Shown here: positions 1-10,383 of the stretch, piece after piece
Numbering within the stretch: the first letter of the stretch is position 1
Layout: every line of letters begins with the position of its first letter
Assembly (NCBI GenBank): GCA_944391445.1
Contig: CALXTL010000007.1
Coordinates: 6,996-70,995 of the forward strand
Reading direction: 5' to 3'
Length of the DNA: 64,000 nucleotides
From: an uncultured Alphaproteobacteria bacterium
GTDB taxonomy: Bacteria; Pseudomonadota; Alphaproteobacteria; RF32; CAG-239
Program-made: the position numbers and the translations under genes
The notes under the pieces: generated by a model
What the model was told of the DNA's origin: nothing
Databases searched by the model: none
Seen by the model: the letters and a program-made list of their open reading frames with translations, nothing else

Positions 1-2022
1 GGCTACGGCATCAACTATCAGTACGGTCTGTTTAAGCAAAAATTTGAAAACGGCTATCAGGTTGAGCAGGCCGACAGCTGGCTGGGCGAAAACTCTCCCT
101 GGCAATTTGCCCGCTATGACAGAACTGTCAAAATCCCGATTTACGGCGACGTGGAAATTTTGGACAACCCCGACGGGCAAAAAAGCTTTGTCTGGATGAA
201 TACCAAAACCATATACGGCGTGCCGTTTGATTTTCCGATTGTCGGTTATGAAGGAAAATCCGTCAACTATTTGCGCCTGTTCTCCGCTAAAACCGACGAT
301 GAACTCGATATCAACATCTTCAATGAAGGCGGCTATATCGAGGCTATGAAAGAAAAGATTGAAACCGAGACCGTCTCAAAAGTTCTTTATCCTTCTGACG
401 CCGTCGAATCGGGCAAAGAGCTGCGCCTCAAACAGCAATACTTTTTTGCGTCCTGTGCCATTCAGGATATTTTGCGCCGCTTTATGGAAAAAAGTGAAGA
501 CTTCAAACAAATGCCCGAAAAAGTCGTAATTCAGCTTAATGATACGCACCCGGCTATTGCCATCCCCGAGATGATGCGCATTCTGGTTGATATTTACGGA
601 CAAGACTGGGAAGAAGCCTGGGATATCACAACCAAGGTTTTTGCCTATACCAATCATACGCTGCTGCCGGAAGCTCTGGAAACCTGGCCGGCGCGCATTA
701 TCGGACGCATGCTGCCGCGGCATTTGCAAATCATTTATGAAATTAACCGGCGGTTTATGGATTTTGCTCGCTCACGCTTCGGCGACGACCGTGCCAAACT
801 AGACAAGGTGACGATTGTCTTTGGCGAAGGAGATAATCAAATCATCCGGATGGCTAACCTTTCAATTGTCGGTTCTTTCTGTGTTAACGGCGTGGCCGAA
901 ATTCACTCTAACCTGATCAAGACATCTCTTGTGCCGGAATTTTATGAATTGTGGCCGGAAAAATTCACCAATGTAACCAACGGCATCACGCCGCGGCGCT
1001 GGCTCTTCCATGCCAATACGCCGCTGGCCGCCCTGATCACTTCCAAAATCGGCGACGGCTGGGTGACCGATCTGGAGCAATTGCGCCAGTTGGAAAAATA
1101 TGCCAATGACAAAAAATTTATTCAGGCTTTTCGCGATGTTAAAGTCGAAAATAAGAAACGTCTGGCTAAGATTATCCTCAAAACCACCGGCATTGTGGTT
1201 GACCCAAGCAGCATGTTCATTGTCCATGCCAAGCGTATTCATGAATATAAGCGGCAATTGATGACCATCCTGCAGGTGATTGGCGACTATCTGGACATTA
1301 TCAAAGACAATATCAAACCCGCCTGCAAAAAAACTTATATTTTTGCGGGCAAGGCCGCGCCCTCGTACAACTTTGCCAAACTGATCATCAAACTGATCAA
1401 TAATGTGGCCGATGTTGTCAACAATGACCCGCGGGTCAACGACATGATCAAAGTCGTTTTTATGCCCGATTATAAGGTTTCGCTGGCCGAGGTTCTGATT
1501 CCGGCCGCGACCTTGAGCGTTCAGTCATCCACCGCCGGTTTTGAAGCCAGTGGCACCGGCAATATGAAATTTGCCCTTAACGGCGCGCTGACCATTGGTA
1601 CGCTGGACGGCGCCAATATTGAGATCCGCGAAGAAGTCGGCCCGGAAAATTTCTATTTATTCGGACTGACCGAAAAAGAAGTTCAGGCCAAGCGCGCTAA
1701 TTATAATCCGCGTGAGATTTATGAAAATAATAACTATATCCGTCGGATTTTGAACGCCGTCAACTCCAACATGTTTTGCGAGAAAGACTTTGTCCTGCTG
1801 TTCAAACCGATTTTTGAGGAGCTGGTCAATCGCGATTATTTCTTTGTTTTGGCAGACCTGGAAGCCTTCGACAAGAAAATGGAAGAAGCCGAAAAGGATT
1901 ATCTCAAACCGGAAATTTGGGCCAAAAAAGCCCTGCTGAACGTGGCCCGTATCGGCAAATTTACTTCTGACCGGGCGGTTATGGAATATGCTGACCGGAT
2001 TTGGCATATCAAACCCTGCTGA
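1..2022 (+). CDS. glgP: Glycogen/starch phosphorylase (5' end lies outside the window)
   Basis: Frame is open from base 1 (GYGINYQYGLFKQ); contains LRLKQQYFF, QLNDTHP, AYTNHT, KRIHEYKRQ and the PLP site EASGTGNMK. Confidence 0.97.
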   Translation, partial: GYGINYQYGLFKQKFENGYQVEQADSWLGENSPWQFARYDRTVKIPIYGDVEILDNPDGQKSFVWMNTKTIYGVPFDFPIVGYEGKSVNYLRLFSAKTDDELDINIFNEGGYIEAMKEKIETETVSKVLYPSDAVESGKELRLKQQYFFASCAIQDILRRFMEKSEDFKQMPEKVVIQLNDTHPAIAIPEMMRILVDIYGQDWEEAWDITTKVFAYTNHTLLPEALETWPARIIGRMLPRHLQIIYEINRRFMDFARSRFGDDRAKLDKVTIVFGEGDNQIIRMANLSIVGSFCVNGVAEIHSNLIKTSLVPEFYELWPEKFTNVTNGITPRRWLFHANTPLAALITSKIGDGWVTDLEQLRQLEKYANDKKFIQAFRDVKVENKKRLAKIILKTTGIVVDPSSMFIVHAKRIHEYKRQLMTILQVIGDYLDIIKDNIKPACKKTYIFAGKAAPSYNFAKLIIKLINNVADVVNNDPRVNDMIKVVFMPDYKVSLAEVLIPAATLSVQSSTAGFEASGTGNMKFALNGALTIGTLDGANIEIREEVGPENFYLFGLTEKEVQAKRANYNPREIYENNNYIRRILNAVNSNMFCEKDFVLLFKPIFEELVNRDYFFVLADLEAFDKKMEEAEKDYLKPEIWAKKALLNVARIGKFTSDRAVMEYADRIWHIKPC

Positions 2023-2035
2023 AGCGGATTTGAAC

Positions 2036-2071
2036 AAAAAAACTTCCGAGCCAAAGCCCGGAAGTTTTTTT
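2036..2071. terminator. Bidirectional intrinsic terminator
   Basis: A7-CTTCCG...CGGAAG-T7 between convergent genes. Confidence 0.8.
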
Positions 2072-2084
2072 AATATCTGATGCC

Positions 2085-4376
2085 TCAGTTGCGGCCGCCG
2101 CGTTCCACTGACAGAGGCACTCTGCGATGCTGGTTGTAGAGCTGCCGGCGGTCCTGGCCATTGATGCTTTGCCCGGACTGCGGTGTGGCACGGTACCGCG
2201 TTGCTTCCGTCAGAGCCGCTCCGGCCGGGAGTTTCATTTCGATTTTGGCGCTTTCGCCATAATCGCCGACCAATCCGTCCACATAACTTTGCATATTTTC
2301 TTTGCTTTCTTTCAAAATAGCCTGAGCCGCACGTTTCAAAGAACCGCCCTGCGTGGTTTCATCTTCAGGGTCTTTGGGGGTTCTTTTTTCTACTTCATAG
2401 CGCTCGTCAATCATTTTATCGATAGTCGGGCGGTTTTCTGCCATTTTAACGACCATGAAGTCAATCAGTCTTTCCGGATTTTCATTAATATAATTGTAAT
2501 CAAACGACTGACCTTTCTTATCCTTTCCGGTAGCAATGACCCGCAACAGTTCTTGCGAGGCCATAACGGCACTGGCCATATCCGCCTCTGTCCATCTGTT
2601 GGGGTTATCCGGACTACACTGTTCGCGGATATAATTGTCAATAACGCCTTTATAGCTGGCGTTGAAGCGGCTGAATTTGATGTCACCTTCCACAGAAGCA
2701 ATGGCTGAAGAGAGTTTGCTCTCATCATTGCCTTTCGACTCACGATAAGCCACATAATTTTTGACTTCGCGGACAAGGCGCATTTTCCAGAGCAGTATAT
2801 CTTTCGGGTTCAGCTTATCTTCCTCTTTCGGGGTTTTCAGCATTTCCTGAAGGTTATCATTGCTAAAGCCGACAAAGCCGTCATCTTTATCGCTGCATTT
2901 GAGTTTGGGACATATACCCATACTGCCGGCCGCTTTCCAAATGGCCGAGCCTCCGGCACCGCCGATCTCGGTGGTTTTGGGCGGGATAAAATATCTGCAG
3001 CCCTGAGTCTGAAAAGCTTTCAACGCCATTTTGGCATGGCCGGATTTAATCTCTTTGCCGGGCTCAATATACAGCCAGGCTGCCGGCGGCGGGCCGGCAT
3101 GAACTTTCATGGCAAAGCTCTTTTTGCGCGCCTGGATGCCTTTTTTGTCCAGTTCGTTGTCTGTCACCTCGTCTGCTTCATTCAGATAACAGATCATGGT
3201 CATGCTGCCGTCAAGGTTGCGCCGCCAGTGCAGATATTCTCTCCGGAAACCCATAAGACCGGCGCGGTTTTCCATGGCGTCGCGCATTTTGCCATAACTC
3301 GGTTTCAACGACGGGGCATCATTCAAATAGCGATCATAGCCGTCATCCACATGGCCGTTCTCCATATGGCCGTTGTTTACATGGTTTGAACGCACGCTCT
3401 CCTGTGCCGCGCTGACAGGCTGTTCCTCGTTTTGCGACGAGAGCTCTGCCCGTTCTTGTGTTTCCGTGTGTTGCTGCGCGGTACGCTCAGCTTCAAAGGC
3501 CTCGTTGAAAACTTCGCGGAAAGATTTATTGCTGTCGCCCATGACTTTGATGTCCGAAGGCAAATTGAGCGTGTCTGAATCTTTGATCAGACCGCCTTTG
3601 TAGAAAAAGCGCGCCAGTTCACGAATCTGCTCTTCCGACATTTCCGAATTATCATTGGTTAAAACCAGGGACTGCGGTTTTTCACTGGCTTTGTTGGTAT
3701 TTAAGGCAAAGTTCAAACCGGTGCCGTTGAGATCCATTACTTTGAGGCTGAGCGACTCATGTGCCGCATCATAAGAAAAAGCAGCCCGGTTGGCTCCAGG
3801 GCGCGGCTCGTTCAACTTATAGGCAAAAGGCTCGCTGCCGTTGTTCCCGTTGAAGACTTCTTCATGATGCCCGACCAGAAGTTCAAGATTTTCTTTAAGC
3901 TTCGGATTATTGGCTACCGCTTCGGCAATGGCATCCAGACCGGTGAGGTGCGGATCTTTGCAAATATCGCTGGCATTAACAAAATTATCCAGAGCATAAG
4001 CCGCGGTAACCTCATTTTCAATGGCAGGCAGATCGGCTTCTTTTGCCAAGCCGGCTTTTTTTATCTCCTCCCGCAGAGCGGCCAGATCTTTGGCTGAAAA
4101 TTCGGCATCGGGATATTTTTCAAGCAAGAGCTCAAATAATGTTTCATCATCGACAATTTGCGATGTCTTGCTTTTGATTTTGGCTCCGAGCGCCGCCATA
4201 TCCGGATGTTCTTCCATGGCTGCGGTCTGCAAATCATCATAAATGCCCATACGGCGCACTTCTGCCAAATAGCGCGGAGATTTTGCAACATTTTCCAGCA
4301 TATGCCGGCCGTTTTCCAGAGCAATTTCTTTGTAATCTTCCGGAGTTTCAAAACCTATTTCATATAACCTAGCCAT
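2085..4376 (-). CDS. Large lineage-specific hypothetical protein (763 aa, charged, Arg-rich C-terminus)
   Basis: Long ORF with GAGG upstream of ATG; no recognisable family. Confidence 0.8.
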   Translation of the reverse strand: MARLYEIGFETPEDYKEIALENGRHMLENVAKSPRYLAEVRRMGIYDDLQTAAMEEHPDMAALGAKIKSKTSQIVDDETLFELLLEKYPDAEFSAKDLAALREEIKKAGLAKEADLPAIENEVTAAYALDNFVNASDICKDPHLTGLDAIAEAVANNPKLKENLELLVGHHEEVFNGNNGSEPFAYKLNEPRPGANRAAFSYDAAHESLSLKVMDLNGTGLNFALNTNKASEKPQSLVLTNDNSEMSEEQIRELARFFYKGGLIKDSDTLNLPSDIKVMGDSNKSFREVFNEAFEAERTAQQHTETQERAELSSQNEEQPVSAAQESVRSNHVNNGHMENGHVDDGYDRYLNDAPSLKPSYGKMRDAMENRAGLMGFRREYLHWRRNLDGSMTMICYLNEADEVTDNELDKKGIQARKKSFAMKVHAGPPPAAWLYIEPGKEIKSGHAKMALKAFQTQGCRYFIPPKTTEIGGAGGSAIWKAAGSMGICPKLKCSDKDDGFVGFSNDNLQEMLKTPKEEDKLNPKDILLWKMRLVREVKNYVAYRESKGNDESKLSSAIASVEGDIKFSRFNASYKGVIDNYIREQCSPDNPNRWTEADMASAVMASQELLRVIATGKDKKGQSFDYNYINENPERLIDFMVVKMAENRPTIDKMIDERYEVEKRTPKDPEDETTQGGSLKRAAQAILKESKENMQSYVDGLVGDYGESAKIEMKLPAGAALTEATRYRATPQSGQSINGQDRRQLYNQHRRVPLSVERGGRN

Positions 4377-4510
4377 GGCCTCAATCCTTTTGCATAAAAA
4401 TGTTTACTTATTCTTAAATTAGCATAATTTAGAAGAAAAAACAACTATTTTTGTCTAAATTTCGAATAATTTTCTATTGAAGATTTTAGCCGGAATTTGT
4501 TGACAAAGGC

Positions 4511-5803
4511 TTAATGCTTGCCGCTAAAAATGTTTTTGGCTTTGTCCAACAATGTGTCGGGGCGCGTGATCTGCGTATAGATATGGGTGGGTGTGAGCGG
4601 TACGGGATCGGTTTTGGTGATGTTGAGGTAACCTGCATCGCGAAACGCAATATAACGCAAAGCAAACACTACAAAAAAGCCGCATGCCGCCGAAAATGCC
4701 AGCAGAAAACTAATTGCTCCAAACTGTTGCATGGTCCATGAAATGACTATCGGCCCGGTAATCATCCCCAGGCTTTGCAACATGATCAGCATCCCGGAGG
4801 CTTCGGTGCGCTGGTCATCGCTGATTTTGTCATTTACATGGGAAACGCATATCGGGTAGAGCACAAATGTTCCCGCACCGAGCAAAAGCGCACTGGCAAT
4901 CAGTTCAATCCAGCCTTCGGTGATAAAAAGATGAATCCAAGGCGCAATCAAAAACAGCAATCCGCAGGCCCACATCATGACAAAACGCCGATCCATCAAG
5001 TCGGAAAGGCGTCCGACCGGCATTTGCACCAGCATACCGCCCAAGATGGTGAAAAACATGAAAAAAGAAATGCGGATCAGATCCAACCCCGTTTTTTCCG
5101 CATAAATCGCGCCAAGCGTATATACGCTGCCGACCAAAATACCGCTGACCATACAACCGACCACGCCAACCGGCGCAATTTTGTATAATTCGCGAAAAGA
5201 CATGCTTTTATGTTTGCTGACATCGGGCGAAGGCAGCGCCGTCAGCGAAATCGGCACCAAAGCAACAGAATAGAGCACTGAGACAACCGTAAAGATAACA
5301 AAGCCAAGTTTGTCGGGAATGTTCAAAAGAAGCTGCCCGAACGCGGCGCCAAGATAGGTGGTGATCATGTACATCGACATGATAAGACCGCGGTTTTTGT
5401 TGTTGGAGCGCGTGTTCAGCCAGCTTTCCAGACAAATCAGCCCCGAGGCCAGACAATATCCCTCCAGCAACCGCAAAAAGCCCCAATACCACGGAGAAAA
5501 ATAAACCGCATGCAGCAAAACCAAAGCCGATAAAACAGAAATATAGGTGGAAAAAGCGCGAATATGCCCTACCCGGTTGATGATCCGATAAGCCGTCAAT
5601 GTTGCAAAAATATAGCCGACATAATAGACAGACAGCACCAAGCCCGAATAAAAAGTCGGCACTTCGGCCGCGCTCAGCCGAACCGCCAGATAAGACGACA
5701 ACAACCCGTATGCCGAACATGTAAACAACGTCCCGGCAAAAAAAGCCGTCAGGGGCGAGGCCAGCGCTTTTGCGGATTTCAAAGCTTCAATGATCTTTCT
5801 CAT
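4511..5803 (-). CDS. MFS transporter (YcaD-like)
   Basis: About 12 hydrophobic segments; GRLSDLMDRR motif A; ESWLN..NRG. Confidence 0.9.
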   Translation of the reverse strand: MRKIIEALKSAKALASPLTAFFAGTLFTCSAYGLLSSYLAVRLSAAEVPTFYSGLVLSVYYVGYIFATLTAYRIINRVGHIRAFSTYISVLSALVLLHAVYFSPWYWGFLRLLEGYCLASGLICLESWLNTRSNNKNRGLIMSMYMITTYLGAAFGQLLLNIPDKLGFVIFTVVSVLYSVALVPISLTALPSPDVSKHKSMSFRELYKIAPVGVVGCMVSGILVGSVYTLGAIYAEKTGLDLIRISFFMFFTILGGMLVQMPVGRLSDLMDRRFVMMWACGLLFLIAPWIHLFITEGWIELIASALLLGAGTFVLYPICVSHVNDKISDDQRTEASGMLIMLQSLGMITGPIVISWTMQQFGAISFLLAFSAACGFFVVFALRYIAFRDAGYLNITKTDPVPLTPTHIYTQITRPDTLLDKAKNIFSGKH

Positions 5804-5816
5804 TTTTTAATCCGGA

Positions 5817-7550
5817 TTATTGTTTTTTAAGCATGACTTCCGGCGAACGAATGCCCAACAGCTTCAACAAAAGTTTCAGCACATCACGGGTTAAGCCTGC
5901 CAAACGCAGCCGCGACGATGCTAAAATTTTATCCTCGGCATTCATGATTGAGGAAACATTGTAAAAACTTGAAAATGTCTGCGCCAATGTATAGGCATAA
6001 TCTGACAAAATACTCGGTTCGGCCTCGGCATAAGCACGCATCACAACAGCATTGAGCTGAGCGATTTTGAGCGCCAGTTCGCGTTCCTCACGGTTAGAAA
6101 GGCTGATTTTTCCTGGATGAATCCCGGTGTCGGAAGCTTTGCGGACAATGGAATTTATCCGCGCAATTGCATATTGAATATATGGTCCGGTTTTGCCTTC
6201 AAATTTTGCAAAGTCCTCCAGCTCAAATACATAACCTGAAGCGGTATTGTTTTTCAGATCCTGGAATTTGATGGCTCCGACGGCAATCTCAGAGACAAGA
6301 TTTTCAATATACGCCGCATTATACTTTGCATCCGGCTCCGGCATGGATTCCCGCACTTTATCTTTGGACATGGCAATCATATCTTCCAGATTCATCACGC
6401 CGCCGTCGCGGGTTTTGAAAGGTTTGCCGTCTGCTCCGTTTACCGTGCCAAAGCCTATATGCCGAAGGCGGACTTGCGGCGCAATACCCAATTTTTGCGC
6501 CACTTCAAACACCTGTTCAAAATGCAGAGACTGGCGTTTGTCCACCACATAAATAATCTCGTCGGCATGCAGATCATCCACACGCATTTTAATGGTGGCG
6601 ATGTCAGTGACCTGATAGGCATAGCCGCCGTCGGACTTAACCAAAATGACCGGCGGTTTGGGTTTGTTGGCTTCTTCCAGCCGGATGATCACGGCACCGT
6701 CGTCTTGCTCGGAAATTTTTTGGCGTTCGGCAATTTTGACAATTTCGGCACAGGTTTCGTGCGCATCGCTTTCTCCCAGCCAGAGATCAAAATGCGCATC
6801 CAGCTCATCATAGATTTTTTTGACCGCCGCCACCGACACATTGCGCAAATGCTGCCAAGCCGCGCGATATTCCGGATTGCCATTCTGCAGTTCCGCGGTG
6901 ATTTTGCGGGCGTTTTCTTTGGCAGCGTCGTCTTCTTTGCAACGGGTGTTGGCTTTTTTGTAGAAAGCGGAGATATCCTCAATGCCGTATGTATTTATTT
7001 TGGCCAGCGAGCCGTCTTGGCGCATCACCTCAGCCAGAATCATCCCCATCGGTGTGCCCCAGTCACCAAAATGGACATCAGAGATAACCTTATTACCGAC
7101 AAATTCTTCAATACGGCGAATCGACTCGCCGATGACCGCCGAGCGCAGGTGACCGACATGGAGCGCTTTGGCCACATTGGGACCGCCAAAATCCATCACC
7201 ACCGTTTTGGGCTTGTCTACCAAGGCCACTCCCAAACGCTTGTCTGCGGCAATTTCATCCATGTTGCGCGCAATTAGAGAATCGCTCAGCGACAAGTTGA
7301 TGAATCCGGGACCATCCACCGAAATGGCGGCAAAATCATGATCCTGCTCCAGCTCCGCTGCAATGCGGGTGGCAATTTCACGCGGATTTTTTCGTTCGCT
7401 TTTAGCCAAGGCCAGCGCACCGTTGCACTGAAAATCGCTCAGATCCGGACGGTCAGAAATTTTGACAAAAGCGTACTCCGGAGCCAAACCAAGCTTTTTG
7501 AAAACGGCAGAAATTTTTTGATTGATGATATTTTCAAGAGACAATGTCAT
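5817..7550 (-). CDS. argS: Arginine--tRNA ligase
   Basis: PNVAKALHVGHLRS, FKTRDG, GPYIQYAIARINSI. Confidence 0.96.
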   Translation of the reverse strand: MTLSLENIINQKISAVFKKLGLAPEYAFVKISDRPDLSDFQCNGALALAKSERKNPREIATRIAAELEQDHDFAAISVDGPGFINLSLSDSLIARNMDEIAADKRLGVALVDKPKTVVMDFGGPNVAKALHVGHLRSAVIGESIRRIEEFVGNKVISDVHFGDWGTPMGMILAEVMRQDGSLAKINTYGIEDISAFYKKANTRCKEDDAAKENARKITAELQNGNPEYRAAWQHLRNVSVAAVKKIYDELDAHFDLWLGESDAHETCAEIVKIAERQKISEQDDGAVIIRLEEANKPKPPVILVKSDGGYAYQVTDIATIKMRVDDLHADEIIYVVDKRQSLHFEQVFEVAQKLGIAPQVRLRHIGFGTVNGADGKPFKTRDGGVMNLEDMIAMSKDKVRESMPEPDAKYNAAYIENLVSEIAVGAIKFQDLKNNTASGYVFELEDFAKFEGKTGPYIQYAIARINSIVRKASDTGIHPGKISLSNREERELALKIAQLNAVVMRAYAEAEPSILSDYAYTLAQTFSSFYNVSSIMNAEDKILASSRLRLAGLTRDVLKLLLKLLGIRSPEVMLKKQ

Positions 7551-7562
7551 AAGATAAATTCC

Positions 7563-7895
7563 TTATTTTTCGCATTTGAAATAAATATGGTTCGGTACCA
7601 GCAGGCGACAGCTGAACAAAGTCTGACGAACGGGGACGGCATGCGTGCCGGGCAAGTCCGCGGCGCATTGCGCATCAGCCATTTTTTTGACTTTTTGATA
7701 GGATGTAACCAGACTGTTATAGCAAATAGCCGGCGCGCCGGGTTTGGAAGCGCCGACATACATTTGTTCCGGCGTTTTGGCCCCGGCCTCGCGGCGACGG
7801 TCAACAAAAGCATCAAACTGGCTGCATGAGCCAATCAGCAGCGCCAGCAGCACCAGAGGCAGTATTTTTTGCCTAGACAAATTAAAAAACTCCAT
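7563..7895 (-). CDS. Small Cys-containing lipoprotein
   Basis: Likely start MEFFNL; lipobox LIGSC; DRRREAG and conserved-looking Cys. Confidence 0.65.
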   Translation of the reverse strand: MEFFNLSRQKILPLVLLALLIGSCSQFDAFVDRRREAGAKTPEQMYVGASKPGAPAICYNSLVTSYQKVKKMADAQCAADLPGTHAVPVRQTLFSCRLLVPNHIYFKCEK

Positions 7896-7942
7896 TACAT
7901 TAGTAGCAAAATTGATATCAACATACTCAAAGAAGACCAAAA

Positions 7943-8536
7943 ATGCAAGAAAACAAATATATCGGCGATGAAAAAATGACCAAAATGCTGGCACACTATC
8001 ATTGTCCGACACCGCTTGAAATTGTCAAAATGCGTTTTGCCGGCGCCATTTGCAGCCCGAATCTTGATCTGCGCCCGAGCGACGTGATTTCATCTTTCTG
8101 GCCGCAGGGACAATCTCCCAGATTGCAAACCAAAGACGAAGCTGATTTGTTTTTTAAATTTTTTATGGGACTTTGGGATGATATCTTCACGCGAATCAAA
8201 AACAACAAATTCCGGCTTGAAAAAGTCCCCGGACACGACCTTTCTTTGTATTGCGAACGTCGTTATGCAGAAGTAGAACTCGGCTATGTCGAAGGTTTTT
8301 GGGGCGGACGGCAGGATGTTAAAATCCCGGCGTATCTGGCCGAGATAATCGACCGGCTTTCCGAACTGGCCGACGCTTATGCCACGCTGGCCAAAAAATC
8401 GGCCGGCGGCGCCAATGCCGAGACTATCCGGCCGGCGCTGCATTCTTGTGACGAAGCCGTTGACAAATCGATCTCTTTTGTGATCGAACAATTTGTCTTA
8501 CCACGAATTGAAAACCTCAGACGCGTTGTCAATTAA
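7943..8536 (+). CDS. Conserved hypothetical protein (possibly UPF0149/YecA-like)
   Basis: CPTP..V.MRF.GAICSP motif resembles Rhodospirillales hypotheticals; start may be 7976. Confidence 0.6.
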   Translation: MQENKYIGDEKMTKMLAHYHCPTPLEIVKMRFAGAICSPNLDLRPSDVISSFWPQGQSPRLQTKDEADLFFKFFMGLWDDIFTRIKNNKFRLEKVPGHDLSLYCERRYAEVELGYVEGFWGGRQDVKIPAYLAEIIDRLSELADAYATLAKKSAGGANAETIRPALHSCDEAVDKSISFVIEQFVLPRIENLRRVVN

Positions 8537-8640
8537 GGGGTTGAGTTAAAAGTCTTGACATTTCCGCCAAGAAATTTAAAAGTATTCTGATTCAATCAAT
8601 CGATTGAATTTTGATTTTAACAAATCGGAGAATTTTATTC

Positions 8641-9174
8641 ATGGAATTAATGGAAGGTCTTTTGACCAGACGCTCCGTCCGCCGTTATCAGGACAAAAAA
8701 ATCGATAAAACAACTTTGGAAGAGATCATTAAAGCCGCTCAGTTTTCGCCAACGGCGCATAATAAGCAGCCCTGGGAATTCCTGGTTATTGACGATAAAG
8801 AATTTATGGCCGATCTGCGTCATATTCAGCGCTGGACATCTTTTGCCAAAGACGCGGCCTGTGTCATTATTGTTTGTGGCGATGTCGACAAATCATTCAA
8901 CCGCGACAAAGACGACGAAAAATGGAGTTTTATTGACGTTGACTGCGCTATTGCCACCCAAAGTCTGATGCTTGCGGCCTGGGCCAAAGGCATCGGCAGC
9001 TGCTATTGCGGCGCCGCTCCGATGCAACGCGTGGTTGATACCCTGCGCGAGAGACTGCATCTGCCTGAAAATATCCGGCCGTTTGCCATTGTGCCGCTCG
9101 GCTATCCGGCAGAAACACCCAAGCAGCCCGAAGACCGCTATAAACCCGAAAAAATTCATTGGGGAAAATGGTAG
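8641..9174 (+). CDS. Nitroreductase family protein
   Basis: RRSVRRY, SPTAHNKQPWEF, GIGSCY, LGYP; GGAG RBS upstream. Confidence 0.93.
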   Translation: MELMEGLLTRRSVRRYQDKKIDKTTLEEIIKAAQFSPTAHNKQPWEFLVIDDKEFMADLRHIQRWTSFAKDAACVIIVCGDVDKSFNRDKDDEKWSFIDVDCAIATQSLMLAAWAKGIGSCYCGAAPMQRVVDTLRERLHLPENIRPFAIVPLGYPAETPKQPEDRYKPEKIHWGKW

Positions 9175-9301
9175 TACCGACTTATCACAGTACGCAAATT
9201 TCGCTTGAAAATAGCTTAAATCGTGATAAATTATGGTCGATAAAATCACAAAGCCCGTGCGGGGCGTTCCGCACTTTGGATAACATATAAGGAAGACAAA
9301 T

Positions 9302-10318
9302 ATGGTAGTTCGCGTAGCTATTAATGGTTATGGCCGTATCGGCCGTTTGACCCACCGTGCGATGGTTGAATCCGGCCGCACCGATATTGAAGTCGTGGCA
9401 ATTAATGATCTGGGCAAACCGATTGATAATGCCCGCCTGCTTAAATACGACTCTGTTCACGGCCGTTTTAAAGGCGAAGTTTCCGCCGATGATAATTCCA
9501 TTACCGTTAATGGCCATAAGATTAAAGTGTTTGCCGAAAAAGATCCGGCCAATCTGCCGTGGAAAGACCTGAACATTGATGTTGTTATGGAATGCACCGG
9601 TATTTTCACATCCAAAGAAAAAGCCATGGTTCACATCAATGCCGGCGCCAAACAGGTTTTGGTTTCCGCCCCTGCCAAAGAGGCTGACAAGACCATTGTT
9701 TTCGGCGTCAACAGCAATACCCTGGATGGTTCGGAAAGGGTTGTGTCCAATGCTTCCTGCACCACCAACTGCCTGTCGCCGGTGGCCTATGTTCTGCAGA
9801 AAGTCTGCGGCATTAAAAAAGGTTATATGACCACGATTCACTCCTATACCGGTGACCAGAGAACATTGGATATTGTCCATCCGAAAGATCCGTATCGCGG
9901 ACGTGCCGCTGCCTTGAATATGATTCCGACTTCAACCGGCGCTGCCAAGGCTGTCGGCCTGGTTTTGCCCGAACTGGCCGGTAAGCTTGACGGTTCTGCC
10001 GTACGCGTACCGACGCCGGATGTTTCGTTGGTTGATTTGACATTCATTCCTGAGCGCCCGACTACGGTTGAAGCGATCAATGCCGCGATGAAAGCCGCCG
10101 CCGAAGGCGAACTTAAAGGTATTTTGGAATATAATGACGAGCCTCTGGTTTCTCAGGACTTTGTCACAGATTCCCACACCTCCATTTTCGACGCGGGTCA
10201 AACCAAGATCGTCGACGGCGATTTTGTCCGCATCGTTTCCTGGTATGACAACGAATGGGGCTTCTCCAACAAGATGTCCGACACTGCCGTTGCCATGGCC
10301 AAAAGTTACAAAGCGTAA
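9302..10318 (+). CDS. gap: Glyceraldehyde-3-phosphate dehydrogenase type I
   Basis: INGYGRIGR, SNASCTTNCL, SWYDNEWG. Confidence 0.98.
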   Translation: MVVRVAINGYGRIGRLTHRAMVESGRTDIEVVAINDLGKPIDNARLLKYDSVHGRFKGEVSADDNSITVNGHKIKVFAEKDPANLPWKDLNIDVVMECTGIFTSKEKAMVHINAGAKQVLVSAPAKEADKTIVFGVNSNTLDGSERVVSNASCTTNCLSPVAYVLQKVCGIKKGYMTTIHSYTGDQRTLDIVHPKDPYRGRAAALNMIPTSTGAAKAVGLVLPELAGKLDGSAVRVPTPDVSLVDLTFIPERPTTVEAINAAMKAAAEGELKGILEYNDEPLVSQDFVTDSHTSIFDAGQTKIVDGDFVRIVSWYDNEWGFSNKMSDTAVAMAKSYKA

Positions 10319-10325
10319 TTGATTG

Positions 10326-10367
10326 AAAACAAACCCTCTTGCTTTGACAAGGGGGTTTTGTTTTTTT
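10326..10367 (+). terminator. Intrinsic terminator/attenuator between gap and pgk
   Basis: CCCTCTTG...CAAGGGGG stem followed by a T-run. Confidence 0.65.
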
Positions 10368-10383
10368 GTTAGAGGAAAAATTG

